NCBI GenBank assembly: GCA_021203045.1
Contig: JAJQBY010000119.1
Span: 1,927-65,926, forward strand
From: Oscillospiraceae bacterium
Lineage (GTDB): Bacteria; Bacillota; Clostridia; Oscillospirales; Oscillospiraceae
Length of the DNA stretch: 64,000 nt
Direction: 5' to 3'
Shown: in pieces, positions 36,893-45,970 of the stretch
Position numbering within the stretch: position 1 is the stretch's first letter
How the letters are laid out: each line of letters starts with the position of its first letter
The notes under the pieces: model-generated
What the model saw: the letters and a program-made list of their open reading frames with translations, nothing else
What the model was told of the DNA's origin: nothing
The model's database searches: none
Translations under genes and position numbers: made by a program

Positions 36893-37594
36893 TCATGGAG
36901 CCTCCAGGCTTTCCCGCAGGCGCTCCAGGGCCTTCTTTTCTATGCGGGAGACATAGGAGCGGGATATGCCCACAAGCTGCGCCACCTCCCGCTGGGGCAT
37001 GGGAGGCTTTCCATCCAGACCGTAGCGCAGGCGGATGACCTGAGCCTCCCGGCCGGAGAGAACGGCGTCCACCGCCTGCCGCACCTGCATGGCGTCCTCC
37101 CGGCGGGACAACTCCTCCAGCATATCCTCCCCGTCCGATATGGTATCCAGCAGGGCCAGGCCGTCCCCCTCCTCATCGGAGTCCAGGGCATCGGACAGCG
37201 ACACGTCTCCGGCGCTTTTCTTCCGGCCCCGGAAGTGCATCAGTATCTCATTTTCAATGCACTTGGAGGCGTAGGTCGCCAGGCGGACGCCCTTATCGGG
37301 CCGATAGGTCGATACGCCCTTTATCAGGCCGATGGTGCCGATGGATACCAGGTCCTCCGCGTCGGCGCTAGTGGTGTAATACTTCTTGATGATGTGCATC
37401 ACCAGCCGCAGGTTATGTTCTATCAGCGTGTTGCGGGCCTCCATATCTCCCGCCAGGGAGCGCTCTATGCACTTGCGTTCCTCCTCCGGCTTCAGGGGCC
37501 GGGGAAAGGAGGAGGCGTTTTCTCCCATGCGCAGCATCATCAGCGCGCTGGAGACGAGAAGCATGAATGTTGTGGATAGCATAGCTGTTATCAC
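36893..37594 (-). CDS. sigK: Sporulation sigma factor SigK (pro-sigma-K, uninterrupted)
   Basis: Hydrophobic pro-sequence, then SSFPRPLKPEEERKCIERSLAGDMEARNTLIEHNLRLVMHIIKKY...DLVSIGTIGLIKGV...ASKCIENEILMHFR parallels B. subtilis SigK. Confidence 0.85.
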   Translation of the reverse strand: MITAMLSTTFMLLVSSALMMLRMGENASSFPRPLKPEEERKCIERSLAGDMEARNTLIEHNLRLVMHIIKKYYTTSADAEDLVSIGTIGLIKGVSTYRPDKGVRLATYASKCIENEILMHFRGRKKSAGDVSLSDALDSDEEGDGLALLDTISDGEDMLEELSRREDAMQVRQAVDAVLSGREAQVIRLRYGLDGKPPMPQREVAQLVGISRSYVSRIEKKALERLRESLEAP

Positions 37595-37656
37595 CCTCCT
37601 CAGCAGACTATGCTATCGCGGTTTGTCCTGATTCGACTTTATTTTTCAGAAGGGCC

Positions 37657-39156
37657 TTATTCCTCCGCCCAGTCTCTGGCCCGGGAAACGGCCTTATGCC
37701 AGCCCTTCATCAGCGCCTCGGCCTGCGATGGGTCCATGGACGGCTCGAACCGCCGCTGGGTGCGGCGCATGGCGCGCACATCCTCCGGCTCCGTCCAGAC
37801 GCCGGCGTTCAGACCGGCCAGGAACGCCGCACCCAGGGCTGTGGTCTCCACTGTCTGGGGCCGGTCGATGGGCCGCTGCAAGATATCCGCCTGAAACTGC
37901 ATCAGGATATCGGAGACAGCCGCGCCGCCGTCCACCCGCAGCACATCCAGCTGCTTTCCGGCGCCCGATTCCATGGCGTGGAGCAGATCGGCCACCTGAT
38001 AGGCGATGCCCTCCAGCACGGCCCGGCAGATATGGGCCCGGCCGGTGCCTCTGGTGATGCCGACGATGGTGCCCCGGGCATAGGCATCCCACCAGGGAGC
38101 ACCCAGGCCCGTGAAAGAGCTGACCACATACACGCCCCCGGTGTCCGGGACGGATTCCGCCAGCACGTCGCACTCGTGGGCGGTGGAGATAAGCCCCAGC
38201 TCATCCCGCAGCCACTGGATGGAGGAGCCGGCGTTGAACACGCTTCCCTCCACCGCATAGGCGGTCCGGCCCCCGATCTGCCAGCCCACGCAGGTTAGAA
38301 GCCCGCCCCGGCTCTCAGGCACGGACGAGCCCGCGTTCATCAGGGTGAAGCAGCCGGTGCCATATGTATTTTTTGCCTGCCCCGGCTCCAGGCATCCCTG
38401 CCCCAGCAAGGCGGCCTGCTGATCGCCGGCGGCTCCGCATACGGGCACGCCCGCCAGCTTTTCCAGGCCGGGGATGTTCTCCCTTATCCGCCCGAAGGCG
38501 AAGGAATTGGGCACCGGCTGGGGCAGCATCCCCATGGGGATATCCAGCGCCCGGCACAGCTCCTCATCCCAGCACAGGCGGTGGATATCAAACAGCATGG
38601 TGCGGGAGGCGTTGGAGTAATCCGTCATATGCTGACCGGTCAGGTTCCAGATCAGCCAGGTATCCACGGTGCCGAAAAGAAGCTCCCCAGCCTCCGCCCT
38701 TTTCCTTGCGCCGGGCACGTTATCCAATATCCATTTCAGCTTCGTGCCGGAAAAATAGGGGTCCGGCACCAGACCGGTGGTCTGCCGGATATATCCGCCC
38801 ATGCCCTGAGCCTCCAGCTGCTGGCATATGGGAGCCGTCCGGCGGCATTGCCAGACGATGGCGTTATACACCGGCTCGCCGGTTCTTCGGTCCCAGACGA
38901 TGGTAGTCTCCCGCTGGTTGGTGATACCGATGGCGGCGATATCCGCACGGGACAGGCCCGAGCGCTCAAAGGCAGCCCCCAGCGCATGCAGCTGGGTGGC
39001 CAGAATATCCCGGGGATCATGCTCTACCCAGCCGGGCCTGGGATAATGCTGGGGAAAGGGATACTGCTCCAGAGAGACAATATTCCCCCGGCTGCCGAAA
39101 ATAATAGCCCGGGAGCTCGTCGTTCCCTGATCCAGGGCGATCACATAACCGTTCAT
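37657..39156 (-). CDS. glpK: Glycerol kinase
   Basis: YVIALDQGTTSSRAIIF, GITNQRETTIVWD, FGTVDTWLIWNLTG. Start at MNGYVIAL with a GAGGTG RBS. Confidence 0.95.
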   Translation of the reverse strand: MNGYVIALDQGTTSSRAIIFGSRGNIVSLEQYPFPQHYPRPGWVEHDPRDILATQLHALGAAFERSGLSRADIAAIGITNQRETTIVWDRRTGEPVYNAIVWQCRRTAPICQQLEAQGMGGYIRQTTGLVPDPYFSGTKLKWILDNVPGARKRAEAGELLFGTVDTWLIWNLTGQHMTDYSNASRTMLFDIHRLCWDEELCRALDIPMGMLPQPVPNSFAFGRIRENIPGLEKLAGVPVCGAAGDQQAALLGQGCLEPGQAKNTYGTGCFTLMNAGSSVPESRGGLLTCVGWQIGGRTAYAVEGSVFNAGSSIQWLRDELGLISTAHECDVLAESVPDTGGVYVVSSFTGLGAPWWDAYARGTIVGITRGTGRAHICRAVLEGIAYQVADLLHAMESGAGKQLDVLRVDGGAAVSDILMQFQADILQRPIDRPQTVETTALGAAFLAGLNAGVWTEPEDVRAMRRTQRRFEPSMDPSQAEALMKGWHKAVSRARDWAEE

Positions 39157-39192
39157 ACTGCGGCACCTCACATATAAAAGATTTTTCGGGAC

Positions 39193-39636
39193 TCAGACGT
39201 AGCCCCAGGTCTTGAGAGACCAGCCTCCCAGGGCGTTTTTGACCAATACCCACTTGTAATTGGAATACACCGTATCCGGCTCCAGACTCACGGTTCTCCC
39301 TGAATCGTCAGTCTGAAATGTGGACAGCAGGACGATAGCCTCCCGGCCGTTATACCGGGCGGACCAGTCCTCCTCCTCGGCGGACATGCTCTCTCCCTCA
39401 TACCAAAGCTCGGTCAGGGTGCAGCCGGTATACTCAGCGCGGAAGAATTTTTTCACCCTGCTCATAGCGGCTTCGATCTCCCGGGCACTGTGGTCCTCTG
39501 TGACGGTAAAAGAGGTCTTCGCCTGGCCGGTATCACCGCCTGCATTCATTTTAATTCCGATAATTATACACGCAATGATGAGTAAAATTACAGAAATTCT
39601 CGGGATAACAGCTTTTATTTTGCGAGTTTTATTCAT
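39193..39636 (-). CDS. Membrane-anchored or secreted hypothetical protein
   Basis: N-terminal basic stretch plus a hydrophobic anchor (KIKAVIPRISVILLIIACIIIGI). No recognisable catalytic motif. Confidence 0.5.
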   Translation of the reverse strand: MNKTRKIKAVIPRISVILLIIACIIIGIKMNAGGDTGQAKTSFTVTEDHSAREIEAAMSRVKKFFRAEYTGCTLTELWYEGESMSAEEEDWSARYNGREAIVLLSTFQTDDSGRTVSLEPDTVYSNYKWVLVKNALGGWSLKTWGYV

Positions 39637-39671
39637 TTTTTATTTAATCGCTCCTGTATTCAAGAGAAAAT

Positions 39672-41758
39672 TTATTCTGCTCCGGCGGTGGCTGTCAGGG
39701 CCGTGTTTTCCTCGTTTTCGGGGAGCCTTGTGACGATTGGGAAGGTGATAAAAGCCTTGAACAGGTTCCCGTCCAGTATCAACTCCAGCTCGCCGCCCAT
39801 CAGCTTTGTCAGGCTCAGGGCGATGGACAGGCCCAGGCCGGAGCCCTCGCTGCTGCGGGAGCTGTCTCCCCGGACAAAGCGCTCCATCAGCTCCTCCGCC
39901 GGGATGTCCAGCGGGGCCCTGGATATGTTCTTTATGGCGATCTCCAGCCGCCCCTGGTCCACGGTCAGGTCAAAATAGGCCCGCGTTCCCGGCTGGGCGT
40001 ATTTCAGGATGTTGGTGATCAGATTATCCAGCACCCGGCCCAGCAGCCGCCCGTCCGCCAGGAGCAGGACGCTCTCCCGGGGCATATGGATGACCGGCTC
40101 AATCTCCGCCTCATGCAGGCGCTCGCTGTACTCCCCCACGGACTGCTCCAGCAGCTCCGTTACATCCAGCTCCTCCCAGTTCACCTCGATGGCTCCGCTT
40201 ACGGCCTTAGAGGCCTCCACCACGTCCTCCGTCAGCTTCTTCAGCTTGGCACTCTGCCGCTCCAATACGTCAATATATTCCCGGCGCTTTTCCACCGGCA
40301 GGGTCTCATCCTTTAACAGATCGATATAATTGATAATAGATGTCAGCGGGGTCTTCAGGTCATGGCTGACGTTGGTTATCAGCTCGGTCTTCATACGCTC
40401 GCTGCGCATGCGCTCCTCCACCGCCAGGGCCATACCGTCCCCCAGGCTGTTCAGGTTCTGCCCCAGGTCCTTCCAGGTCAGGTGGAGCTTTTTTGTATCC
40501 ACCTTATAGTCAGGTCTCCCTCCGACAGGGCCTGGGACGCCGTGCGGACAGAGCGCTCCTCCATGCACCAGCGGATGAATACGGCCAGTATCGCCACATC
40601 CGCCGCCAGCAGGAGCCAGGACAGGTAATATAATATATACGATCCATCGTAGTGCATCACGAACAGTCCTAAACCGGCCTGTCCGCCCACAGCGATCACG
40701 ATCAGCACCCGAAGGATGGGCCGCATGGGCAGCGCTGCCGCCATACGGCGCAGAAGCGAGTTTTTCAGCAGCAGCTTCGCCGCGATCTGGGCAGCCAGGA
40801 TATAGCCGAACAGCCCGGCGGCCATCAGCAGGAGCATGCCATTGAAAAGCGAAAAGGGCACATAGAACTCCGCCGTCTTATAGAGAAGCTCGAAGGCCAG
40901 CTCCCACAGGGCGTTCCAGAGAAAAAGGGCGCATAAATAAAGCCCCAGCGCCAGCACCTCAAAGGGCATACGGCACAGCCGGGCAGGCTGCTCCCCGTTT
41001 TTCCCTGCCAGGATAGCCCCGGCCAGGGCGAACGCCAGCAGCATAAGGGCCAGAAGCCCGCTGCCCACGCATGCGGCCAGGTAATAGTCCCGGCCCGCAT
41101 ACAGATGGGTGAAGATAAAATACTCCCCGTAGCAGCCGTCATAGGGCTCCACAGGCAGGTTCACATAGCCGGAGATGATATAGCCGGATTCGGTATCGGT
41201 ATAAAGATAGTATACGGTGTCCCCGTCGCCGCTGTCCACAGGCTCGGCCTCCGCCCCCACATCATCGGCTTCCGTATCGCTGGCGCTGGCGCTGTCCGCC
41301 GGCAACGGCTCCGGCGTGGCTGACGCACCGGTAGATTCGCTGGCGTATATGATAGCTTCATTCTCCGCGTCTGCGGTCAGAATGATGACGCCGGCCTCTC
41401 CGTCCCCAGAGTCGTCATAGTCCATCACATAAACGGAATCCGCCGTGGTGGTATCCGCCACCACCTCACCGGTATCGACCCGGGTGATGGTATAGGAAAA
41501 GGAGTCTCCGCCGTAGTCTCCCAGGGTGGTATCTGTGGGGTCTCCGAGCCACAGGAGGTTCTCCGCCACATAATACAGGCAGTCCTGGATATATGTCCGA
41601 CAGAGGGCGCTGTCCTCAAAGCTGTCCGCCTCGCCGTACCAGCCGTCCTGGAGGCCGTAATTATAAAGAAAGCCGCAAAGGAAGCTGACGACAGTGAACA
41701 GACAAAACAGTATCAGCGCCAGGGCCCGCGCCCAGCGCTTCCGGCAAAAGCTTTTCAT
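39672..41758 (-). pseudogene. Two-component sensor histidine kinase, reading frame broken by an apparent 1-nt deletion near 40510/40511
   Basis: The N-terminal TM/sensor part is in ORF 40478..41803. HisKA (ELITNVSHDLKTPLTSI) and HATPase (GSGLGLSIA) are in ORF 39672..40568. The minus strand reads gag gga gac ctg ACT ATA AGG; inserting one G gives ...SEGDL DYKVDTKKLHL. 2087+1 nt is divisible by 3. Confidence 0.7.
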
Positions 41759-41771
41759 CCCGTATTCCCCC

Positions 41772-42461
41772 TCACTCGAATTTATAGCCCTTGCCCCATA
41801 CAACCTTCAGATGCCGTGGGTCAGCGGGGTCGATCTCCAGCTTCTCCCGCAGATGGCGGATATGTACGGCCACGGTGTTCTCCGTGCCCATGGGGGTATC
41901 CTGCCATACGCTGCGGTATATCTCCCGGCTGGAAAACACCTTGCCGGGATGCTGCATGAAAAATTTCAGGATATCGTATTCCTTCGGTGTGACCGGGACA
42001 GGCTCCCCGTCACAGGTGACGGTTTTGCTGTCATCGTCCAGCTCTATGCCGCCCAGGCTCAGGACCGAGGAGTCGGCCGCGCCTATGCCGCCCAGGTCGG
42101 AATACCGGCGCAGCAGGGCCTTGACCCGGGCCAGGACCTCCCTGGCGTTGAAGGGCTTGGTGATATAGTCGTCCGCCCCCAGCTCCAGGCCGGCGATCTT
42201 GTCGTCATCCTCGCCCTTGGCGGTCAGGAATATGACCGGGACGTTGTTTTTCTTCTCCCGCAGGAGCGTCAGCACCTCTGTTCCATCCAGAACAGGCATC
42301 ATGATATCCAGCAGAATCAGATGGACGGTCTCCCCCTCCATCAGCTTCAACACCTCCCAGCCGTTGGCGGCCGAGAGCACCCGATAGCCTCCGCCGGTAA
42401 GATATATCTCCAGCGCGTGCCGGATGTCCTCATCATCGTCGCAGATCAGAACGGTATACAT
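41772..42461 (-). CDS. OmpR-family DNA-binding response regulator
   Basis: Receiver domain (ICDDDEDI...LLDIMMP...KGEDDDK) and winged-helix C-terminus (VAVHIRHLREKLE...VWGKGYKF). Confidence 0.92.
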   Translation of the reverse strand: MYTVLICDDDEDIRHALEIYLTGGGYRVLSAANGWEVLKLMEGETVHLILLDIMMPVLDGTEVLTLLREKKNNVPVIFLTAKGEDDDKIAGLELGADDYITKPFNAREVLARVKALLRRYSDLGGIGAADSSVLSLGGIELDDDSKTVTCDGEPVPVTPKEYDILKFFMQHPGKVFSSREIYRSVWQDTPMGTENTVAVHIRHLREKLEIDPADPRHLKVVWGKGYKFE

Positions 42462-42549
42462 GCTCTCCCTCCTTTACTCCCCTTACCCTATCACATTTCG
42501 CCCGGGGAATAAAGGGTGGAAGGTTTAAGATTTTATTATTTTTGTGGCG

Positions 42550-42581
42550 AAAAAGCCGGGATGATGTACCCCGGCTTTTTT
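42550..42581. terminator. Bidirectional hairpin terminator (A-run / stem / T-run)
   Basis: aaaaagccggg - 8-9 nt loop - cccggctttttt. Lies downstream of the minus-strand YgiT gene. Confidence 0.75.
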
Positions 42582-42619
42582 CTTCACGGTAATGGAATAC
42601 CGTTCTCCCGTGAGCTCGT

Positions 42620-42853
42620 TTACGCCACGCTTTGCGAGTATTCGACGATCGCCACCTCGCTCATGATGCTTTCCTTCACTGCTCCGGCAATCGCTTCCAG
42701 ACGCTGGGCCACCTCGTCACTATAGGATGCTTCGCCGCACTGTGGGCATACATGGGCGGGCACGTCCTTCACAATCAGAACACACTGGCCCAGATCCACA
42801 ACAAATTTTGTAAGCGCCTCAACGGTCTCGCCCTTGCAATAGAAGCATTTCAT
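42620..42853 (-). CDS. YgiT-type zinc-finger protein (MqsA-family antitoxin-like, no HTH domain)
   Basis: MKCFYCKGE...VKDVPAHVCPQCGEASYSDEV, the YgiT zinc-finger pattern. ATGA overlap with the upstream DUF4258 gene. Confidence 0.7.
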   Translation of the reverse strand: MKCFYCKGETVEALTKFVVDLGQCVLIVKDVPAHVCPQCGEASYSDEVAQRLEAIAGAVKESIMSEVAIVEYSQSVA

Positions 42854-43170
42854 GTCTCCGTCACCTGCTTTCTGGTTTTTAGATCACTTTCCCATTCGGA
42901 CAAGCTGGGAGAATACGCACTTATTACCCACAGCTCATTTTCTCCCTGACCACACACTATATGGAGCGGCCGTTTTCCCTTTGCAAAAATAAGACAGCTT
43001 GGAAAAGGGTAGTCGTTGGGGTACTGTTCTATTATTTCCCCTGCTATGATAGCCTGGATAACCTCGGCCCTTGTAATGCCGCGCTGAATGAGCCGCTGCA
43101 TAACATGAGCCGTCCAGCGAATAGCTCCATCTATGCAGAGCTTGCGTAAATCCTCAATGTTTATTCCCAT
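42850..43170 (-). CDS. DUF4258-domain protein (putative toxin partner)
   Basis: IRWTAHVMQRLIQRGITRAEVIQAI..GEIIEQYPNDYPFPSCLI...LHIVCG..., as recalled for DUF4258. Confidence 0.6.
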   Translation of the reverse strand: MGINIEDLRKLCIDGAIRWTAHVMQRLIQRGITRAEVIQAIIAGEIIEQYPNDYPFPSCLIFAKGKRPLHIVCGQGENELWVISAYSPSLSEWESDLKTRKQVTET

Positions 43171-43221
43171 AATTCACTCCCTCACCTGCAGTGCAAGCAT
43201 TTCCCGGGAAACGGGGCGGGG

Positions 43222-44928
43222 TCATTTCTCCTCCGGCAGGACGGTGTCCTTCAGGAGGAAGGCACGGAGGGAGTTCAGGACGGCCAGGAGGGCCACGCCT
43301 ACGTCTGCGAATACGGCCAGCCACAGCGGGCAGGAACCGAACATATCCAGTATCAGGATGATGATCTTAAAGGCCAGGGCAAAGATGATATTCTGCCATA
43401 CGATGGTGCGGGTATGCCGGGCGGCCTCCATGGCCGTCACCACCTTGGAGGGAGAATCGTCCATGATGACCACGTCCGCCGCTTGGATGGCGGCGTCAGA
43501 GTCCGCGCCGTTCAGGGATACGCCCACGTCCGCCTGGCGGATGCAGTCGCTGTCCGTCTCCGCATCGCCTACGAACATCAGGGTGCCCTTTTTCACCTGG
43601 CGGTTCTGTATCTCCTTCACCACGGCCACCTTATCCGAGGGCGGGCAGTCGGGATAGAACTCGTCGATGCCCACCTGACGGGCGAATTTCTCCGATGCGG
43701 CCCGGCTGTCGTCCGTTATCATGGCGATCTCCCGGTCCTTGCCCCAGGACAGGACCGTCACCGTGCCGCTGGCGTCGGATTTCGCCACGCTGCCCAGCAG
43801 GATGCGCCCTGCGTACCGGCCGTCTATGGCCAGGTATACGCAGTCATCCTCCGGAAGGGCGTCCTCTCCGGGGTCCACGTCATGGCCGCGCATGAAGTCC
43901 AGCAGACCCAGGGTGATGCGGACCCCGTCCACCTCCACGGTGATGCCGAAGCCCTCCTCCTGCTGATGGAAGCTCTGTATCAGCTCGATATAGATAACCC
44001 CGTCATAGGAGGCCTTGATGCCCTCCGCATAGACCGAGCCGGAATAGGCGCAGGCATGGGCGGCGATGCGCAGAAACACGTCCGCGTCCATCCTGTCGCT
44101 CTTGACAGAGACCACCCGCAGGCCCTCTCCCTCCAGGGCGCCGGTCTTATCGAAGACCACCGCCTGGGTGCGGGCCACATCGTCCATGGCGCAGGTGCTC
44201 TTAAACAGGATGCCCTGACGGGTCGCCCCGCCGATGCCGGCAAAATAGGTCAGCGGCACGGAGATGACGATGGCGCAGGGACAGGCGATCACCAGCATCA
44301 CCAGAGCCCGGTGTATCCCCTCCGCCACGGTAACATCCAGCGCCAGAGGCGACACGATGGCAATGACAACGGCGATGCCCAGGACCACCGGGGTATACAC
44401 CCTGGCGAAATGGGTGATGAACTCCTCCGTCCGGCCCTTCTGCCCCTTGGCGGAGCGGACGTCCGCCAGGACGGCGCTGGCCTCCGGAGAACGGTTCTCC
44501 ATCAGGTCCTCTATGTTGTGCCGGACCTTCGCCACGGCGTACCCCTGGAACAGCTCTCCCAGCTGGAACAGGATCATCACAGAGGCGCCCTCGCCGGCCT
44601 CCCCGATGATGCAGGCGGCGATGGCTACCACGCTCATCAGCAGGGTCTCATCGAACAGCTTGCGCTGGAAGATATTGGCAACCGCGCTGATGAAAAGGTC
44701 GTACCCGGCGCAGAGGATGGCCAGGACGAACAGGATCAGCGACAGGGTGGGCAGAGTCCCCTCCGACACCTCGCCGCCGATGAAAAGAACGGCTGCGGCG
44801 ATGAGCCGCCAGACCATCACGGTATCGAAACCGTGATGGTCGTGGTGATGCTCCTCCATGCAGCTGTCACAGGTGCAGTCGTGCCCGTGGCCGGACACGG
44901 CCTGTTTTATCTCTCTCAGAAACCCCAT
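43222..44928 (-). CDS. P1B-type (heavy-metal) ATPase-like protein lacking the actuator domain, with degenerate P-domain motifs
   Basis: His/Cys-rich N-terminus (HGHDCTCDSCMEEHHHDHH), CPC metal site (VIACPCAIVISVP), DKTG retained in VFDKTGALE. TGDN is replaced by ITDDS, and GDGxNDxP by GDAETDSD. The ~115-aa TGES actuator segment is absent between ...DLMENRSPEA and ...FITHFARVYTP. Confidence 0.75.
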   Translation of the reverse strand: MGFLREIKQAVSGHGHDCTCDSCMEEHHHDHHGFDTVMVWRLIAAAVLFIGGEVSEGTLPTLSLILFVLAILCAGYDLFISAVANIFQRKLFDETLLMSVVAIAACIIGEAGEGASVMILFQLGELFQGYAVAKVRHNIEDLMENRSPEASAVLADVRSAKGQKGRTEEFITHFARVYTPVVLGIAVVIAIVSPLALDVTVAEGIHRALVMLVIACPCAIVISVPLTYFAGIGGATRQGILFKSTCAMDDVARTQAVVFDKTGALEGEGLRVVSVKSDRMDADVFLRIAAHACAYSGSVYAEGIKASYDGVIYIELIQSFHQQEEGFGITVEVDGVRITLGLLDFMRGHDVDPGEDALPEDDCVYLAIDGRYAGRILLGSVAKSDASGTVTVLSWGKDREIAMITDDSRAASEKFARQVGIDEFYPDCPPSDKVAVVKEIQNRQVKKGTLMFVGDAETDSDCIRQADVGVSLNGADSDAAIQAADVVIMDDSPSKVVTAMEAARHTRTIVWQNIIFALAFKIIILILDMFGSCPLWLAVFADVGVALLAVLNSLRAFLLKDTVLPEEK

Positions 44929-44929
44929 A

Positions 44930-45865
44930 TTACGCCTTTCCGTCGCTCCCCAGGACGTTCACGATCTTGTCCTTCACCAGCTCCCGGATATAGTCCCGGC
45001 CCACGGTCAGATACTGACGGGGGTCGAAGTGCTCGGGATGCTCATTGAAGTGCTGGCGGATACCGGCGGTCATGGCAAGGCGCAGATCGGAATCGATGTT
45101 GATCTTGCAGACGGCCATGGACGCGGCCTTGCGGAGCATATCCTCCGGCACGCCGATGGCGTCCACCAGCTTGCCGCCGTTGGCGTTGATGATGTCCACA
45201 TACTTGGGGATGACGCTGGAGGCGCCGTGAAGGACGATGGGGAACCCGGGCAGACGCCGGGCCACCTCCTCCAGGATATCGAACCGGAGCTGGGGCTTGG
45301 TGCCGGGCTTGAATTTATAGGCCCCGTGGCTGGTGCCGATGGCGATAGCCAGGGAGTCCACCCCGGTGCGCTCCACAAACTCCTGCACGTCCTCCGGGCG
45401 GGTATAGCTGGAGTCCTCGGCGGAGACGACCACGTCGTCCTCCACCCCCTCCAGGCGGCCCAGCTCGCCCTCTACCACCACGCCGTGGTCATGGGCGTAC
45501 TCCACCACCTGATGGGTGACGGCGATGTTGTCCTCAAAGCTGCGGGAGGAGCCGTCTATCATCACGGAGGTGAAGCCCCCGTCCACGCAGCTCTTGCAGA
45601 TTTCGAAGTCCGCCCCGTGGTCCAGATGCAGGGCGATGGGCAGGCCCGTATCCGCCACAGCGGCCTCCACCAGCTTTGTCAGGTAGACGTGCTTGGCGTA
45701 TTTCCGGGCACCGGCGGAGACCTGGAGTATCAGGGGAGAATTGACCTCGGCGGCCGCCTCCGTGATGCCCTGGACGATCTCCATGTTGTTGACGTTGAAG
45801 GCGCCGATGGCGTATCCGCCCTTGTAGGCCTTCTCGAACATTTCGGTTGTTGTTACGATTGGCAT
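44930..45865 (-). CDS. fba: Class II fructose-1,6-bisphosphate aldolase
   Basis: MPIVTTTEMFEKAYKGGYAIGAFNVNNME..., LHLDHG, GTSHGAYKF. Start at the ATG at 45865 with an AAAGGAG RBS. Confidence 0.93.
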   Translation of the reverse strand: MPIVTTTEMFEKAYKGGYAIGAFNVNNMEIVQGITEAAAEVNSPLILQVSAGARKYAKHVYLTKLVEAAVADTGLPIALHLDHGADFEICKSCVDGGFTSVMIDGSSRSFEDNIAVTHQVVEYAHDHGVVVEGELGRLEGVEDDVVVSAEDSSYTRPEDVQEFVERTGVDSLAIAIGTSHGAYKFKPGTKPQLRFDILEEVARRLPGFPIVLHGASSVIPKYVDIINANGGKLVDAIGVPEDMLRKAASMAVCKINIDSDLRLAMTAGIRQHFNEHPEHFDPRQYLTVGRDYIRELVKDKIVNVLGSDGKA

Positions 45866-45970
45866 GAATATCACTCCTTTTTCCTTTATTTTACCGCAAA
45901 ACCGTGTTATAATCAATACAAACCTCGATCATGTTGAACATATTTTAAACATATTTTGGGAGGATGAACC

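Noticed and set aside
36893-37594. Possibility of a skin-like intervening element in sigK
   Set aside because: The ORF is continuous from the pro-sequence to region 4, so there is no interruption.
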